Source: an uncultured Nitrososphaeraceae archaeon | GTDB lineage: Archaea; Thermoproteota; Nitrososphaeria; Nitrososphaerales; Nitrososphaeraceae | Assembly (NCBI GenBank): GCA_963825865.1 | Contig: CAWGVG010000045.1 | Span: 1 to 32,435 of the forward strand | DNA length: 32,435 nt | Direction of reading: 5' to 3' | In this document: one piece after another, positions 30,638 through 32,435 of the stretch | How the letters are laid out: every line of letters starts with the position of its first letter | How positions within the stretch are numbered: the stretch's first letter is position 1 | Made by a program: the position numbers and the translations under genes | The notes under the pieces: generated by a model | The model's database searches: none | What the model saw: only the letters and a program-made list of their open reading frames with translations | Told to the model about the DNA's origin: nothing

Positions 30638-30973
30638 ATGACACATGGTACGATGGAAGAAGCATTACCGGAAACGGTGAAAGAAAATTCCAAGACCCAA
30701 GTAAAGCAAGATAGACATAGAGAAATACAAGACAAAGGGCTAGTATTAGTCCCTAGAGGCAAAAGACTTACAATATGTACCAAGTGTAACAAACCAGGTT
30801 ACAGGTACCAAACATACTTCCAACATTACAATGAAACACCAGTAGGAAAGGTAATACTCAAAGGTAAAGTAATAGGGGACAAGTATAGAAGGTGTTATCT
30901 CAAAAAACAAAAAGTAAAACAAGATAAAGACAATATAAAGCGTAAGGCAAATTCATTCCCATTACAAAGATAA
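30638..30973 (+). CDS. Basic hypothetical protein with a putative Zn finger
   Basis: CTKCNKPG...FQH...RRCY (CxxC..H..C), Lys-rich. Confidence 0.5.
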   Translation: MTHGTMEEALPETVKENSKTQVKQDRHREIQDKGLVLVPRGKRLTICTKCNKPGYRYQTYFQHYNETPVGKVILKGKVIGDKYRRCYLKKQKVKQDKDNIKRKANSFPLQR

Positions 30974-31238
30974 AGAGAAAAATCCCCAACAGGCATAAGC
31001 TCTGAGGAAGGAACTCCCGGTTTATCTAAGGAAAACGACACTAAAAAAGACTATAAAAAAATGTATTGGGATCTGGTCGAGAACTTAAGTAAGGATATTG
31101 TACAAAGAATTACAGAATTTTCTCAAGGCGTAGTAGGTGGTGATAAAAAGAAAGAGAAGGAACAAGAAAGAGAGAGCCGATGACACTAAAAATGACGTCT
31201 GAAGTAAATATACAATATTTATTGCCAGAATGCAAAAA

Positions 31239-31326
31239 CATGGTCCTTATTACTATGCTTACTGGGAAGATCTGAAAGCAAGAAGTTCAAGAAGAATATA
31301 TTGGCGATCATATACCAGTTACATAA
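31239..31326 (+). pseudogene. Third DUF6788-like fragment
   Basis: HGPYYYAYWED, then frameshifted KKFKK/YIGDHIP. Confidence 0.65.
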
Positions 31327-31730
31327 GATCTGCTATTATTTTTACAAAATCTTATGTAACTACGATATGTGTGTCTGCAGCTTCTTAAGCAAATCTAGGT
31401 CACTATTCATTAAGTCAGGAGCAATGGGAGGAGAGGTAGGAGAATTATTCTTTTTCTTATCATCGTCCTCATCTGTTATCTTGCCTAATAGAACATCACA
31501 GCTCTGCTTCTAAAGAAAGTAACGTCTGTTATCTTCTATATAAGGGAGAATTTTCTTTTGAATAATTGAATTATATCCCACTTACTGTACTGAAGGTCAG
31601 GCTTCAGTGAATCACCAATGCCTTTTAGAATCACATACAGCAGTAAGTTTCATTTCTGACTCCAAAAACTGTTTCTGAAAAATCAAGCAAAAATTCCTTT
31701 AACCTTTTCTTCTGTTCGTTTATATCCATG

Positions 31731-31943
31731 CTATTGTAATCCAAGTTGTAGTTCTTTTCTTGAAAGATCAAGAGTTTGATTTAACTTTGCCTTTTGTTTT
31801 TTGTTAAGCCTGTAATTTGACTTTTTTCCTGTAATTATAGGGATAATCTGTGCTAATGCATCCTCTACTTCATCAATAACTTTTGCTTTATCCATTGTAA
31901 ATGGTCGCTGTCGTTTGTTAGAGTCTGCTATGTCTGTTGCCAA
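31731..31943 (-). CDS. Small hypothetical protein
   Basis: 70 aa ORF with plausible helical composition and no recognisable motif. Confidence 0.3.
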   Translation of the reverse strand: MATDIADSNKRQRPFTMDKAKVIDEVEDALAQIIPIITGKKSNYRLNKKQKAKLNQTLDLSRKELQLGLQ

Positions 31944-32435
31944 TGTCGAGATGATAGCTAATTATCATATCTAGTATTTGTACAAAGAATCTAAGTAACA
32001 ATAACAGGTCATTAAGATCGGAAAAGGAATATACGTTTTAGCAGAATATGAGAAGATCAAACGCATTACCTATGCCATTAGGCGATAACTATTTGCTTTA
32101 TGTGACTACAGAAATAGAATCTGATCATTCAGCTTTAGTTAATAAAATGCGGAATCTAAATTTAACGTAGATCGATTCAGACTGGTTGGTTCAATTATAT
32201 CTGTCTTAGTTGAAGTTGAGAGAGGATATATCGAATCGTTGACAGCAACTTTTAACATTCTATCATAAAACTGCTCGTGTCCTTTTGCACTATCTTACAC
32301 ATTGCGGGATCCGGATCAATCGAACAGGCTATTGAAACACGTTTTCTACAATCATTCAAGCAACTGCTATTGCAGAAGCTATGGTAAAATCTCTAGCTGT
32401 AAGAAAAATTTGATATTTCTAATTAGTTGAATTTC

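Noticed and set aside
1-32435. A single intact provirus or integrative element bounded by att sites or a tRNA
   Set aside because: No tRNA, att direct repeat, capsid or portal gene was recognised. The mobile-element genes are fragmentary, on mixed strands and interleaved with host-type genes.

Overview
AT-rich archaeal-looking DNA. The gene-family mix (collagen-like, CHRD, cupredoxin-like, SIMPL, polysaccharide deacetylase, IS5/IS701/IS6) resembles soil Nitrososphaeraceae; this is an inference. The window is an accessory patchwork of intact genes, frameshifted genes and abruptly truncated fragments, many from proviruses or plasmids. Main content: (1) a type IIB topoisomerase-like (Topo VIII-like) locus apparently split into an upstream ORF and a transducer-WHD-TOPRIM ORF; (2) a divergent Ku + three-domain LigD (PE-LIG-POL) NHEJ pair; (3) a 5'-truncated Co-type nitrile hydratase alpha / thiocyanate hydrolase gamma gene (VCTLCSCY) joined to a response-regulator fragment; (4) a high-GC DUF899 gene with a bacterial-style SD; (5) three IS elements with recognisable inverted repeats, one associated with an internal deletion of an SDR gene; (6) remnants of terminase-like, primase/helicase, integrase and DUF6788-like genes, often in 2-3 copies. 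Many genes carry single-base frameshifts that may be long-read errors or real decay. No rRNA, tRNA or CRISPR array was recognised. Family calls come from motif recognition by eye, not database searches.
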